A DNA stretch of 64,000 bases from an uncultured Chloroflexia bacterium. GTDB lineage: Bacteria; Chloroflexota; Dehalococcoidia; SZUA-161. Below the pieces are notes generated by a model. That model searched no databases. It saw only the letters and a list, made by a program, of their open reading frames with translations, and was not told where the DNA came from. A program made the translations under genes and the position numbers. The stretch covers positions 268,729 through 332,728 of the forward strand of contig CAWKAJ010000001.1 of the NCBI GenBank assembly GCA_963847595.1. Reading direction: 5' to 3'. Of the stretch, positions 30,527-41,116 are shown piece after piece; the stretch's first letter is position 1; every line of letters starts with the position of its first letter.

Positions 30527-31327
30527 ATGTATAAACTGGGTTGGTTCTCCACAGGCCGGGGCGGGGGCTCACGCGCCCTCTTGACGAGGATGCGCGATGA
30601 GATAGAGAAAGGCAATGTAAAGGCAGAGATAGAGTTCGTATTCTGCAGCCGCGAGCCCAGAGATGCCGAGGGAAGCGATACATTTATTAAACTGGTTGAA
30701 TCCTACCGCATCCCCCTTGTTTGCCTATCCTCGAAAAGGTTCAAGACAAGCGCTGGAGGATACCTCTCTCCACAATGGAGGCTGGAGTACGATAAAGAGG
30801 CGATGAAACGTCTCAAGGGCTATAACCCCGACCTCTGCGTGCTCGCCGGTTACATGCTCATCGTCGGCCCCGAGATGTGCCAGCACTATAAGATGGTCAA
30901 TTTACATCCCGCTGCCCCCGGCGGCCCCAAAGGCACCTGGCAGGAGGTAATCTGGCAGCTCATCGAGAGCAAAGCCGCCGAGACCGGTGTGATGATGCAC
31001 CTGGTCACCCCCGAGCTGGATGAGGGGCCTCCGGTGACTTATTGCAGGTTCTCTATCAGGGGCGAGCTTTTCAATAAGCACTGGGAGGAGATAAAGGGAT
31101 TATCCGCAGACGAAGTGAAGGCCAAGCAAGGGGAGAATAACTCGCTGTTCAAGCTGATACGTCAGGAGGGCTTTAAGAGGGAACAGCCGCTAATCGTAGC
31201 CACAGTGAAGGCTTTCGCCGAGGGCAAGGTCCGCATAGCAAAAGGCAAGATAGTTGACAGCAAAGGGAAACCTATCAAAGCCTACTCTCTGACCAAAGAG
31301 ATAGATGAGATAGTGAAAGGCAAATAA
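30527..31327 (+). CDS. formyltransferase-family protein (PurN-like)
   Basis: Formyl-transferase N-domain (NLHPAAPGGPKG region) with a ~70-aa Lys-rich C-terminal extension. Confidence 0.6.
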   Translation: MYKLGWFSTGRGGGSRALLTRMRDEIEKGNVKAEIEFVFCSREPRDAEGSDTFIKLVESYRIPLVCLSSKRFKTSAGGYLSPQWRLEYDKEAMKRLKGYNPDLCVLAGYMLIVGPEMCQHYKMVNLHPAAPGGPKGTWQEVIWQLIESKAAETGVMMHLVTPELDEGPPVTYCRFSIRGELFNKHWEEIKGLSADEVKAKQGENNSLFKLIRQEGFKREQPLIVATVKAFAEGKVRIAKGKIVDSKGKPIKAYSLTKEIDEIVKGK

Positions 31328-31345
31328 GCTAAATGAGATTTGGAT

Positions 31346-31380
31346 AAATGAAAGGGCGCGGTAACCGCGCCCTTTCATTT
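31346..31380. terminator. bidirectional rho-independent terminator between convergent formyltransferase and clpP genes
   Basis: aaatgaaagggcgcggtaaccgcgccctttcattt, a perfect 16-bp stem with loop TAAC flanked by A/T runs. Confidence 0.65.
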
Positions 31381-31399
31381 ATGGTCTGCTTTCCCCAAC

Positions 31400-32017
31400 C
31401 TATTTAGGCTTCTTTTTGTCCTTGGCCCCGGTGAGGATCTCGTCAATTATCCCGTACTCTATCGCAGAAGGAGCACTCATAAAGTAGTCGCGGTCGGTAT
31501 CACGGGCGATCTTTTCCAGAGACTGACCGGTGTGTTTGACCAGAATGGAGCGGATTACATCTTGCTCCCTCAATATCTCCTTGGCGGCGATAGCTATATC
31601 TGACGCCGGACCTCTGGCACCGCCCATCGCCTGATGCATGTGAATGGTGGAATTGGGCAGTGCGTAGCGCTTGCCCTTGGTGCCTGCAGCAAGCAATACA
31701 GTGGCCATGCTGGCTGCCAGCCCCACGCAGATGGTGGAGACATCGCAGCGGCTTAGCTGGATGGTATCATAGATGGCCAGTCCCGCATTTATCTCACCGC
31801 CAGGACTATGTACATAGAGGCTGATGTCTTTATCGGGGTCTTCACGCTCCAGAAAGAGAAATTGAGCGATTATCAGGTTGGCTATCTGGTCATTGATGGG
31901 TGTGCCCAGAAAGACGATGCGCTCCTTGAGCAACAGCGAGTAAATATCGAAGGCACGCTCCCCCCGCGCACTGCTTTCGATTACGAACGGGATGACGTTA
32001 CTTGGTTGGTTCTCCAT
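31400..32017 (-). CDS. clpP: ATP-dependent Clp protease proteolytic subunit
   Basis: ClpP signature [26 protein letters not shown]...GLAASMA. Start placed at MENQ. Confidence 0.9.
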   Translation of the reverse strand: MENQPSNVIPFVIESSARGERAFDIYSLLLKERIVFLGTPINDQIANLIIAQFLFLEREDPDKDISLYVHSPGGEINAGLAIYDTIQLSRCDVSTICVGLAASMATVLLAAGTKGKRYALPNSTIHMHQAMGGARGPASDIAIAAKEILREQDVIRSILVKHTGQSLEKIARDTDRDYFMSAPSAIEYGIIDEILTGAKDKKKPK

Positions 32018-33326
32018 TCTCTTTTCCCCCTTCCGTTTCCATTGATACTTTGGGTTCCCCCTCCTTAGTGGCCATATCAATCAAACTATCGATCGTTTTC
32101 CTGATATACAAGTTCCTTTTCAGCGATTCCCGCCCCGATGGCGAAGAGAAAAGCTGCCGCACCCTTTCATCATTATTAGCACCCTGGATCACACGCTCGA
32201 CCTCAGCATCCACCTCAGAATCGCCGACCTCAGTCTTCTCCAACTCGCCAAGCTTTTCGAGGACGAGTGAACGCTTGATAATATCCTCCGCCGCAGGCTT
32301 GAGCTCGTTTCTGAACTCCTCCTCCGTCTTCTTCGCATTCTTTAGATAATTCTCCAGGCTATCTTTCTCCCCGAGATACTGCTTGCGCTCCTCAATAAGA
32401 TGGTTGATCTCATCTTGCACCAGAATATCCGGGTATTCCAGACGCGAAATAGCTACCAGAGCCTCGATTGCCTTGTCCTCCAGCTTCCTCCTCTCTATCC
32501 GTTCCTTCTCCCCTCTAATATCGGCTAGAATCTTCTCCTTGAGAGCATCCACGGTCTCTAGGCCACGGCCAAGGCTCTTGGCGAATTCATCGTCCATGTC
32601 GGGTAGATTCTTCTGCTTGATATCGTTGACCAGAACCTTGAAATTGCATTCCTGCCCGGCGAGCTCCTTAAAATCCTGGGACAATTTCAAGACGAACACT
32701 CTCTCCTCACCTTTTTTAGCCCCCACAAGCTGCTCGGAGAAGCCGGGGAGAGACGAAGATGGTCCAGGAGATAGGGGATACCACCCGCCTTTTTCGCTGA
32801 CAACGACCTTGCCTTCTACAGTGCCCTCTACGTCGATATTCAGCAAATCCTCGGGTTTAGCCTCTCGTTCCACAGGCTCCCAGGTCGCCCGCATATTGCG
32901 AAGCCTTTCCAGTGCTTCATTAACATCATCATCGGTAACCACTACCGGCTCGGGGATAAACTTGATCTCGTGATAGTCGCCCAATTCTACAGTGGGCCGC
33001 ACCGGCACGGTAGCCTTAAATGACAGCGGCTCGACCTGGATGACCTCCACCTGAGGCCGGGCAATAGCGTCTATCTTGTGCTCTTCGATGGCCTTATCAT
33101 AGGTCTCCGCCAGCAAAAGGTTAGCGGCTTCCTCAACCAGTGCTTCTCTTCCCAGATACCTCTCCAGCATAGGGCGGGGGGACTTACCCTTGCGGAAGCC
33201 AGGCACTGCCGTCTTCGCCGCAAGGCGGCGATAGGCCTTTTCCATGGACTTATCCATCTCATCCTTATCGGTTTCGACGTTGAGAACTACTCTGCTTCCT
33301 TCAATTCTTTCCGTTGTTACCTTCAT
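31998..33326 (-). CDS. tig: trigger factor
   Basis: 442 aa, ribosome-binding N-domain and PPIase domain. Upstream of clpP with a 20-nt overlap. Confidence 0.9.
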   Translation of the reverse strand: MKVTTERIEGSRVVLNVETDKDEMDKSMEKAYRRLAAKTAVPGFRKGKSPRPMLERYLGREALVEEAANLLLAETYDKAIEEHKIDAIARPQVEVIQVEPLSFKATVPVRPTVELGDYHEIKFIPEPVVVTDDDVNEALERLRNMRATWEPVEREAKPEDLLNIDVEGTVEGKVVVSEKGGWYPLSPGPSSSLPGFSEQLVGAKKGEERVFVLKLSQDFKELAGQECNFKVLVNDIKQKNLPDMDDEFAKSLGRGLETVDALKEKILADIRGEKERIERRKLEDKAIEALVAISRLEYPDILVQDEINHLIEERKQYLGEKDSLENYLKNAKKTEEEFRNELKPAAEDIIKRSLVLEKLGELEKTEVGDSEVDAEVERVIQGANNDERVRQLFSSPSGRESLKRNLYIRKTIDSLIDMATKEGEPKVSMETEGGKENGEPTK

Positions 33327-33377
33327 CTTATCTCCATTATACTATGAACCAGCCTCACAGTGAATAAGTGAAGCCAG

Positions 33378-35195
33378 CTAGACTGCCTCATCAAGCTTCA
33401 GATGCAACTCTTTGAGCTGCGCCGGCGGGACAGGAGATGGCGAATCGAACATGAGGTCAACGGCGTTTTGATTCTTAGGGAAGGCGATGACCTCCCTGAT
33501 ATTGCTCTCCCCGGTGAGCAGCATCATCAGTCGGTCGATCCCCGGCGCTATGCCACCATGTGGCGGGGCTCCGCACTCCAGCGCTTCCAGAAAACCTCCG
33601 AACTTAGCTTGGACCTCCTCATTGCTATGGCCTAGAATATGGAAAACCTTCTCCTGTAGCTCCCGATTGTGAATCCTGATTGAGCCGCTGGAGACCTCGG
33701 AGCCGTTGCACACAAAGTCATAGTGCCTCGCCCTCACTTTCCCCGGCTCGGTATCGAGCAGCGGTATATCCTCAGGATGCGGGGACGTAAAGGGATGGTG
33801 CATCGAGTCCCAGCGCTTCTCCTCCTCGATCCACTCAAAAAGCGGGAAGTCCAGGACAAAAGCGAATGCCAGCAGTTTGGGGTCTGCCAGCTTTAGACGC
33901 TGCGCCATCTCCGTGCGCAACGCGCTCAGGACAATGTCCACCACTTTAGGCTTATCGGCGACGACAAGCAAAAGGTCTCCCATATTAGCTTTCAGACGTC
34001 TGGCAATCTCTGTCAACTGCTCTGCTTTAAGGAACTTCGAGACAACAGAGCGAACTTTGTCCGGGGTCAAGCTGGCGATTGGCTCACCGGCCTTGCCATC
34101 GAGCGCCATGGTGATCAGCCCTTTGGCACCTCGACTGCGCACGAATTCAGTTAGCTCCCCCAGTTGGCTGCGTGTGTATGTGGCGCAGCCCGGGGCGGCA
34201 AAGCCCTTAATCCTGCCTCCCTCGGCTAAGACTGTACGAAAAACAGAAAACTCGCTTCCCGCGAAGAGGTCGGAGAGGTCGGCCATCTCCAGACCAAACC
34301 TCAAATCGGGCTTGTCGCTGCCGTACTTCTCCATGACCTCATCCCAAGAGAGGCGAGGGAAGGGCTTAATCAACCTGAACTGAGGGGTTACGGTCTCCAC
34401 CAGGGAGGTGAAAAGTTCCTCCATCAGGCTCAGCACATCTTCTTCATCTATGAAGCTCATCTCGAGGTCAAGCTGGGTGAACTCTGGCTGGCGGTCAGCC
34501 CTCAAGTCCTCATCGCGGAAGCAGCGAGCTATCTGGAAGTACTTATCGTATCCCGCCACCATGAGCAACTGCTTCAGTTGCTGCGGCGATTGAGGCAGGG
34601 CGTAGAACTTGCCGGGATATATCCGGCTGGGCACCAGGTAGTCCCGTGCTCCCTCGGGGGTGCTCTTGATCATGATGGGCGTCTCTATCTCAAGAAAGCC
34701 CTTGGCATCAAGGAAGTCGCGCATGAACTTGACCACCTTATGCCGCAGGATTAGATTGCGCTGCATCCTCTCGCGCCTGAGGTCGAGGTAGCGGTACTTG
34801 AGACGAAGCGTCTCATCCACCTCCACCTCTTCATTTATGTAAAATGGGGGCGTCTTCGCCCTGTTGAGTAGCTCGGCCTGCTCAACGATAAGCTCGACCT
34901 CGCCTGTTGCCAGCTTGGGGTTTTCCGTGCCTTTGGGACGCAGGGATACCTTGCCCTGCACTCTTACTACATATTCACTTCGCAACTCAGAGGCAATCGA
35001 GTGTGCCTTGGCCGACACCTCGGGGTTGAACACTGTCTGTGCTATACCTTCTCGGTCGCGGAGGTCTATGAAAATGAGTTTCCCGTGGTCGCGCCGCCGG
35101 TGGACCCAGCCAGCTATGGTCACTGTCTGGCCAACCTGCTCCTTGCGCAGCTCCCCGCAATAATGGGTCCTTACGGCAGTCCTGGATTTAGTCAT
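33378..35195 (-). CDS. aspS: aspartyl-tRNA synthetase
   Basis: Class II aaRS motifs and an OB-fold N-domain. Start placed at [16 protein letters not shown]. Confidence 0.9.
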   Translation of the reverse strand: MTKSRTAVRTHYCGELRKEQVGQTVTIAGWVHRRRDHGKLIFIDLRDREGIAQTVFNPEVSAKAHSIASELRSEYVVRVQGKVSLRPKGTENPKLATGEVELIVEQAELLNRAKTPPFYINEEVEVDETLRLKYRYLDLRRERMQRNLILRHKVVKFMRDFLDAKGFLEIETPIMIKSTPEGARDYLVPSRIYPGKFYALPQSPQQLKQLLMVAGYDKYFQIARCFRDEDLRADRQPEFTQLDLEMSFIDEEDVLSLMEELFTSLVETVTPQFRLIKPFPRLSWDEVMEKYGSDKPDLRFGLEMADLSDLFAGSEFSVFRTVLAEGGRIKGFAAPGCATYTRSQLGELTEFVRSRGAKGLITMALDGKAGEPIASLTPDKVRSVVSKFLKAEQLTEIARRLKANMGDLLLVVADKPKVVDIVLSALRTEMAQRLKLADPKLLAFAFVLDFPLFEWIEEEKRWDSMHHPFTSPHPEDIPLLDTEPGKVRARHYDFVCNGSEVSSGSIRIHNRELQEKVFHILGHSNEEVQAKFGGFLEALECGAPPHGGIAPGIDRLMMLLTGESNIREVIAFPKNQNAVDLMFDSPSPVPPAQLKELHLKLDEAV

Positions 35196-35243
35196 AGGCA
35201 AGATTATATAGGAAAGGGATAGCAGTTTCAATCTGCCTTTATC

Positions 35244-35271
35244 GTAGGGGCACGAAATGCCGTGCCCCTAC
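35244..35271. repeat. GTAGGGGC...GCCCCTAC palindromic element
   Basis: gtaggggcacgaaatgccgtgcccctac in the divergent aspS / NMO-like intergenic region. Confidence 0.6.
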
Positions 35272-35354
35272 ACAGTTCGCTAAGTTGACTTCGTTAGCCT
35301 CCAAATGATACCCTTAATCTAAATTACAAATGTTTGGGGAAAGAGGAATCCGTT

Positions 35355-36311
35355 ATGTTCAAGACCAGGCTAACTGAGCTATTGGGCGTGAAATATCCCA
35401 TAATCGGCGGCGCAATGGCTTATCTGAGCGGAGGAAGGCTGGCTGCAGCGGTCTCCAATGCCGGAGGATTCGGGCTTATCTCTGCGGTTACCTTCTCGCG
35501 GGAGGAGTTGCAGAATGAAATCCGGCTCTGCCGCAAACTTACAAAAAAGCCTTTCGGGGTAAATATCGCACTCATACACCGTGACCCGAGAAAGATAGAG
35601 CAGGACATGGACGTGGTTATCGAAGAGGGTGTCAGAGTTATCGAGACCGCTGCGCTTAACCCCGAGCAATTTGTGGGGCGACTCAAGAAGAGAGGGGTGA
35701 CAGTGCTGCACAAGTGCGCCGCCGTAAGACATGCTCAGACGGCGGAGCGAATCGGAGTCGATGCCATTACTCTGGTAGGTTATGACGCTGCAGGTCACAC
35801 CGGTCTAGACGACCTGCCCCTTTCCATCATGATTCCTCTGGCAGTGGACTCACTGAAGATACCCGTGGTAGCTGCCGGAGGCGTTGGCGATGGGCGGGGC
35901 TTCGTGGCCGCTCTGGCCCTGGGAGCTAGCGGCGTGCAGATAGGCACCCGACTCATGGCATCCCAGGAGTGCCCTGCCTGCGACAAATTCAAAGACTGGT
36001 TGGTTGAGACCGAGGCAACCGACACAGTCCATGTGGAACGCTCTATGAACAGGGCTTACAGGGTGCGCAGAAACGCGGCTGCGGAAAAGGTGCTGGAGAT
36101 GGAAAAGAAGGGCTGCGACATTTTCGAACTCCTGCCCTATATAGGCGGCGAAGCTCTGCAAAAGGTGCTCTTCGAAGGCGATGTAGACGCAGGTGTTGTC
36201 GCCTGCGGGCCGGTGGCAGGCTTGATCAACGACGTGCCGTCCGTCAAGCAGATTATCAACCGCATGGTAAAACAGGGCCAGGACATTGTAAAACGGCTGA
36301 ACGCTAGTTAA
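35355..36311 (+). CDS. NAD(P)H-dependent flavin oxidoreductase, nitronate monooxygenase/FabK-like (enoyl reductase family)
   Basis: MFKTRLTELLGVKYPIIGGAMAYLSGGRLAAAVSNAGGFG, the NMO/FabK N-terminal signature. Confidence 0.75.
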   Translation: MFKTRLTELLGVKYPIIGGAMAYLSGGRLAAAVSNAGGFGLISAVTFSREELQNEIRLCRKLTKKPFGVNIALIHRDPRKIEQDMDVVIEEGVRVIETAALNPEQFVGRLKKRGVTVLHKCAAVRHAQTAERIGVDAITLVGYDAAGHTGLDDLPLSIMIPLAVDSLKIPVVAAGGVGDGRGFVAALALGASGVQIGTRLMASQECPACDKFKDWLVETEATDTVHVERSMNRAYRVRRNAAAEKVLEMEKKGCDIFELLPYIGGEALQKVLFEGDVDAGVVACGPVAGLINDVPSVKQIINRMVKQGQDIVKRLNAS

Positions 36312-36315
36312 GCAA

Positions 36316-36353
36316 CCGTAGGGGCATCCTTCCTATGGAGGATGCCCCTACGG
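36316..36353. repeat. GTAGGGGC...GCCCCTAC palindromic element (14-bp stem) immediately after the stop codon
   Basis: ccgtaggggcatcc-ttcctatgga-ggatgcccctacgg. Confidence 0.6.
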
Positions 36354-36512
36354 TATATTCTCCTCCCGGCCAAAGTTGCTAACTTCTGAAAATTCGCTAA
36401 AATGTAGTCTATTATCTCTAAAGAGTGTTCATAAATGTAGTTGCCCAATTCATTGGGCTTCTTCGCTTGATAAATCAGGCAACTACGAAAAACCACCCGA
36501 AGGAGAGCTACC

Positions 36513-37670
36513 TTGGAGTACTTCTTAACCGAACAGCAGAAGCTCATTAAAAGCATAGCTCGCAGAATCGCCGAGGAAAGGATTCTCCCAGTCCGTGCCG
36601 AGCTGGACGAGAAAGAGCAGTTCCCCTGGGAGCTAATCAAAGATATCGCTAACGCCGACCTGTTTAGAATCTTCATTCCCGAACAATACGAGGGTATGGG
36701 CGAGGGTTCCTTTGCCCTCTGCATCGCAGTTGAGGAACTAAGTCGCGCTTGCGCCGGCGTAGCGCTCACTTATGCCGCCGACGCTCTGGGGGCTTTCCCC
36801 ATACTACTTTATGCCAGCGAAAAACAGAAGCAGCAGTATCTCCCAGCTATAGCCAGCGGAACGAGGCTCACCGCCTTCGGGCTCACAGAGTCCGGGGCCG
36901 GCAGCGACGCCGGAGCTATCAAGACAACCGCCAAGCGCGACGGCGACAGCTATGTGCTCAACGGCACCAAGCAGTTTATCACCAACGGCGGCGAGGCCGA
37001 GATATATACCGTCATCGCGCTCACCGACCCCACAAAAGGAGCCCGCGGCGCCAGCGCCTTCATCGTGGAGAAGGGGACGTCCGGCTTCACCTTCGGCAAG
37101 AAGGAAAAGAAAATGGGCATACGCTGCTCCGCCACCCGTGAGCTTGTTTTCCACAACTGCCGCATCCCCAGAGAGAACCTGCTCTCCAGAGAGGGTATGG
37201 GATTCATCGTAACCATGAAGACTCTGGACTCCTCTCGCCCCGGCGTTGGCGCCCTGGCAATAGGCCTAGCACAAGGTGCGCTGGAGGCAGCGGTGGCTTA
37301 TGCCAGGCAGCGCGTCCAGTTCGGGCATCCGGTCTCGTCCATCCAGGCCGTGCAGCACATACTGGCGAATATGGCCATGGAATTGGAGGCAGCCCGAGCG
37401 CTGGTCTATGCCACGGCCAAGACCATAGACAGCGGGGCCAAGGACTTCACCGAGGAAGGCGCGATGGCGAAGGTCTTCGCCACGGATATGGCGATGAAGG
37501 TGACCACCGACGCCGTTCAGGTGTTCGGCGGCGCGGGCTATATGCGTGACTACCCGGTGGAGAAAATGATGCGCGACGCCAAGATAAATCAGATTTATGA
37601 GGGCACCAACCAGGTGCTGAGAAACGTCATCGCCCTTGAGCTGTTGCGGAGGAAGGGGCTGAGAGATTGA
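36513..37670 (+). CDS. acyl-CoA dehydrogenase (short-chain/butyryl-CoA dehydrogenase-like)
   Basis: 385 aa. ACAD signatures (GLTESGAGSDAGAIKTTA..., YEGTNQV). Confidence 0.85.
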   Translation: MEYFLTEQQKLIKSIARRIAEERILPVRAELDEKEQFPWELIKDIANADLFRIFIPEQYEGMGEGSFALCIAVEELSRACAGVALTYAADALGAFPILLYASEKQKQQYLPAIASGTRLTAFGLTESGAGSDAGAIKTTAKRDGDSYVLNGTKQFITNGGEAEIYTVIALTDPTKGARGASAFIVEKGTSGFTFGKKEKKMGIRCSATRELVFHNCRIPRENLLSREGMGFIVTMKTLDSSRPGVGALAIGLAQGALEAAVAYARQRVQFGHPVSSIQAVQHILANMAMELEAARALVYATAKTIDSGAKDFTEEGAMAKVFATDMAMKVTTDAVQVFGGAGYMRDYPVEKMMRDAKINQIYEGTNQVLRNVIALELLRRKGLRD

Positions 37671-38446
37671 ACATCATCGTCTGTATCAAGCAGGTGCCGG
37701 GCACTACGGAGATTAAGATAGACCCCAAGACCAACACGCTGGTCAGAGAGGGCGTGAAAAGCATCGTCAATCCCTTCGACGCCTACGCCCTGGAGGAGGG
37801 CGTTCGTCTCAAAGAAAGCTACGGCGGCAAGGTCACGGTTATCACTATGGGGCCTCCCCAGGCGGAGGAGGCGTTGAGGGAGACTATATCCCTAGGCGCT
37901 GACGAGGCTATCCTGCTCAGCGACCGCGCCTTCGCCGGCTCGGATACCTGGGCTACTTCGTACGTACTCTCCAAGGCAGTCGCCAAGATAGCGAATCACG
38001 ATATCATAATCTGCGGAAGACAGACGCTGGATGGGGACACGGGACAGGTGGGCCCTGAGCTTTCCGAGATGTTGAAGATACCGTTCGTGTCATACGTGAG
38101 CAAGGTCGAGGAGATAAAGGATAAATATATAAGGGTGCAGCGGATGATTGAGGAGGGACACGAGATAATAGAGACGACTCTTCCCGCCGTAATCACCGTG
38201 GTCAAGGAGATAAATGTGCCCCGTCTGCCCTCGCTGCGCGGCTCGATGAAGGCGAAGACCGCCAAGATACCCGTCTGGAACGCAGTGGAGATAGGCGCGG
38301 AAACGGACAAGGCCGGTATCCCCGGCTCCCCCACCCGCGTGGTCAAGATATTCTTCCCCAAGAGAGAGCACCAGAGCGAGATGCTACAGGGAACAGTAGA
38401 AGAGCAAATAGAGAAGCTGGTGGAGAGGCTGGACAAGATAATCTGA
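37667..38446 (+). CDS. etfB: electron transfer flavoprotein beta subunit
   Basis: MNIIVCIKQVPGTTEIKIDPKTNTLVREGV, the canonical EtfB N-terminus. 4-nt overlap with the ACAD stop. Confidence 0.85.
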   Translation: MNIIVCIKQVPGTTEIKIDPKTNTLVREGVKSIVNPFDAYALEEGVRLKESYGGKVTVITMGPPQAEEALRETISLGADEAILLSDRAFAGSDTWATSYVLSKAVAKIANHDIIICGRQTLDGDTGQVGPELSEMLKIPFVSYVSKVEEIKDKYIRVQRMIEEGHEIIETTLPAVITVVKEINVPRLPSLRGSMKAKTAKIPVWNAVEIGAETDKAGIPGSPTRVVKIFFPKREHQSEMLQGTVEEQIEKLVERLDKII

Positions 38447-38465
38447 GTCTGGAGCCAAACAAAAA

Positions 38466-39653
38466 ATGACAATTCAGATAGACCTTGAGAAATGTACCGG
38501 CTGCGGCTCATGTGTGCCGCTATGCCCCTTCGGGGTTATGGAGCTGGTCGATGACAAGGTGCGTATCAAAGAAGGCTGCAATCTCTGCGGCGCCTGCGTG
38601 GATGCCTGTACCTTCGACGCCATAAAAATAGAGAAGGCAGAGCAGAAGGTCAGCGAAGGCTACAAAGGCGTATGGGTCTTCGCCGAGCAGCGTGACGGCA
38701 AGCTCAAGAGCGTGGCCTACGAACTGGTCTCCGAGGGCAGGAAGCTGGCAGATAAGCTGGGCACCGAACTCGGCGCGGTATGCCTGGGACACAATATCAA
38801 GGATGTGGAACAGCTCGTCTGCTATGGCGCCGACAAGGTCTACCTGGCGGACGACCCTGCGCTGGCAGACCATCAGGAGGACCTATATACTGAATTGCTC
38901 CTGGACCTCATCAAAAAGCACAGGCCCGAGATACTTATCGCAGGCGCCACCTCGATGGGGCGCTCTTTTGTCCCCAGGGTGGCCGCTTTGCTCTATACGG
39001 GGCTCACCGCCGACTGCACAGGCCTCGACATAGACACTGAGACCAAGCTGCTGCTTCAGACTCGTCCCACCTTCGGCGGCAATGTCATGGCCACCATAAT
39101 GTGCCAGGCGAAGAGGCCTCAGATGGCAACTGTGCGTCCCCACGTGTTCAAAAAGGGAACTCACCACAAGGAGCGCAAGGGGCAGATAATAAAGGTGGAC
39201 TTCAAAAAAGAGGCCGTTACAGCCAGAACCAGGCTGGTTAAATTCATCGAAGACCTGAGTGAGAAGATCAAGCTGGACGAAGCGGAGATAATCGTCTCAG
39301 GCGGTCGCGGGCTGGGCAAGCCGGAAAACTTCCAGATTATAAAGGAATTGGCTGAGGTGCTGGGAGCTGCGGTGGGCTCCTCACGTCCCCCTGTAGACGA
39401 GGGCTGGATACCTTACTCACACCAAGTAGGCCAGACAGGAAAGACCGTGTGCCCCAAGCTATATATCGCCTGCGGCATCTCGGGGTCGGTACAACATCTG
39501 GCCGGCATGCAGACATCGGAGTGCATCATCGCTATAAATGAGGACCCCAATGCGCCTATCTTTCAGGTGGCTACTTACGGCGTAGTGGGGGACCTGTTTA
39601 AGGTAATACCAATGCTGACCGAGAAGTTGAAGAGGTCCAGGGGACTCGTATAG
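38466..39653 (+). CDS. etfA: electron transfer flavoprotein alpha subunit with N-terminal 2x[4Fe-4S] ferredoxin domain
   Basis: CTGCGSCVPLCP and CNLCGACVDACT motifs followed by the EtfA FAD-binding core. Confidence 0.85.
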   Translation: MTIQIDLEKCTGCGSCVPLCPFGVMELVDDKVRIKEGCNLCGACVDACTFDAIKIEKAEQKVSEGYKGVWVFAEQRDGKLKSVAYELVSEGRKLADKLGTELGAVCLGHNIKDVEQLVCYGADKVYLADDPALADHQEDLYTELLLDLIKKHRPEILIAGATSMGRSFVPRVAALLYTGLTADCTGLDIDTETKLLLQTRPTFGGNVMATIMCQAKRPQMATVRPHVFKKGTHHKERKGQIIKVDFKKEAVTARTRLVKFIEDLSEKIKLDEAEIIVSGGRGLGKPENFQIIKELAEVLGAAVGSSRPPVDEGWIPYSHQVGQTGKTVCPKLYIACGISGSVQHLAGMQTSECIIAINEDPNAPIFQVATYGVVGDLFKVIPMLTEKLKRSRGLV

Positions 39654-39726
39654 AGTTTTCCCCTAGCTACGGAAAAGAGAAGCAGAAACCCTCTGTTCCC
39701 TGGTCAAGGCGGTCTACTCTCCCGGC

Positions 39727-39978
39727 TTACAGAGATAAGTCAACTACTCTGAAGACGCTCTTTACTTTCGCAGGCATCCACTGGCGGAGATAATCGATTC
39801 TCTCCTGGGGGGGCAAATCCCATTTGGGATTCACCTCAAATTCTACTGCCACCCTGGACTTTTCCACCTTGGCATTAGATACAGTGCCTCTGAAGCCCAG
39901 GACTCTGATAATCTCCTCCCGGGCTCGATCAACGTCCGGGCGACCATTTCCGCCAATTGCCTCGAGAACAATCTTCAT
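39727..39978 (-). CDS. hypothetical small protein
   Basis: 83-aa ORF with no recognised motif. Its upstream region holds the ATTACA repeat array. Confidence 0.35.
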   Translation of the reverse strand: MKIVLEAIGGNGRPDVDRAREEIIRVLGFRGTVSNAKVEKSRVAVEFEVNPKWDLPPQERIDYLRQWMPAKVKSVFRVVDLSL

Positions 39979-40121
39979 ATTCTGCCTCCTCTTCCTCTCG
40001 GATAGTCAAGCCAACCTCAAAAGTCTGCTGCTATATTCTTTGTGCTCTGACTTTCCTCGTCAGCCGGTCTCCAACCTGGACAGTACAGATAACTCCTATA
40101 GGTCTATATTAGACTTATACG

Positions 40122-40223
40122 ATTACAATTTCGTTAAGAATACACGGGTAAGATTACAAACACATTACAAAAATATTACATTACAGAATTTTTCGTCCAT
40201 CTTCGTATAAGTATATTATTACA
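40122..40223. promoter_or_regulatory. array of six ATTACA(A) direct repeats (three at 11-nt spacing) in an AT-rich intergenic region
   Basis: attacaa at 40122, 40153, 40164 and 40217; attaca at 40175; attacag at 40180. Confidence 0.35.
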
Positions 40224-40400
40224 AAACCACATTAAACAAACCGCTTTCGGGTAATTTTGCTAAGAATGTGAGGAGACTATCGGGAAGGCATGGCCTGATG
40301 GGATTAGTCCGAAGAGGTTACCCTGATGGGGGAAGTATTAGTTCTGGTGCTCGGGCGAGACAGGCCCAGAAACCGCTGCGCTGGGCCGGGGCTGTTCAAG

Positions 40401-41108
40401 TCAGATATTGTCCGGTTTGGCCAAAAAATATCCTATACCGGCTTTAGTGAGAATAAGCTGAGGTTGGCTGGCGTCTGCTTCAACCTTCCCCCTTAAACGT
40501 CTGATATGAACCCTGAGGCTATCAATGGAGCCGGGGTAATCTTCACCCCACACTTCCTCGGCAAGGCTGGAGTAGGTCGCAACATAACCTGCGTTTTTCA
40601 TCAGATGGTGAATGATGTGGGCTTCGATAGTCGTGAGCCCTATCTCTTTTTTCCCGATCAGTAGCTGGTGCGTCGAGGGATTAAATCGCAGAGACCCATA
40701 GGACAGCGGAGCCTCTTTAACCAATCCGCCTTTGTCACGTATCCTGGCTTTTACCCGGGCCAGAAGCTCTAGCTGGCCACATGGTTTCACGATGTAATCG
40801 TCTGCTCCCCACTCGAGGCCCTTGACTATGTCAGACTCATCTGCCTTCACGGTGAGGATAATAATAGGTGCAGATGAAAAAGAGCGAACCCGTTTCAGGA
40901 CATCGAAACCGCTTATATCAGGAAGCCCTAAATCGAGAATGATGATATCAGGGGCTTCGCTTTCCGCCAGATCAACGCCTTTCTTCCCCAGGTGAGTGAA
41001 CACAATGTGAGTCTCCGGCCAGCGTATCTGCAGCGCCAGGGAAATAGACTCTACAATCTCCGGGTCATCTTCGATAATCAGCGCTTTCACAGCCCCCTCC
41101 GATTTCAA
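40401..41108 (-). CDS. OmpR/PhoB-family response regulator
   Basis: REC domain (ALIIEDDPEI...DIIILDLGLPD) plus winged-helix C-terminus. Confidence 0.85.
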   Translation of the reverse strand: MKSEGAVKALIIEDDPEIVESISLALQIRWPETHIVFTHLGKKGVDLAESEAPDIIILDLGLPDISGFDVLKRVRSFSSAPIIILTVKADESDIVKGLEWGADDYIVKPCGQLELLARVKARIRDKGGLVKEAPLSYGSLRFNPSTHQLLIGKKEIGLTTIEAHIIHHLMKNAGYVATYSSLAEEVWGEDYPGSIDSLRVHIRRLRGKVEADASQPQLILTKAGIGYFLAKPDNI

Positions 41109-41116
41109 GGCGCGAC

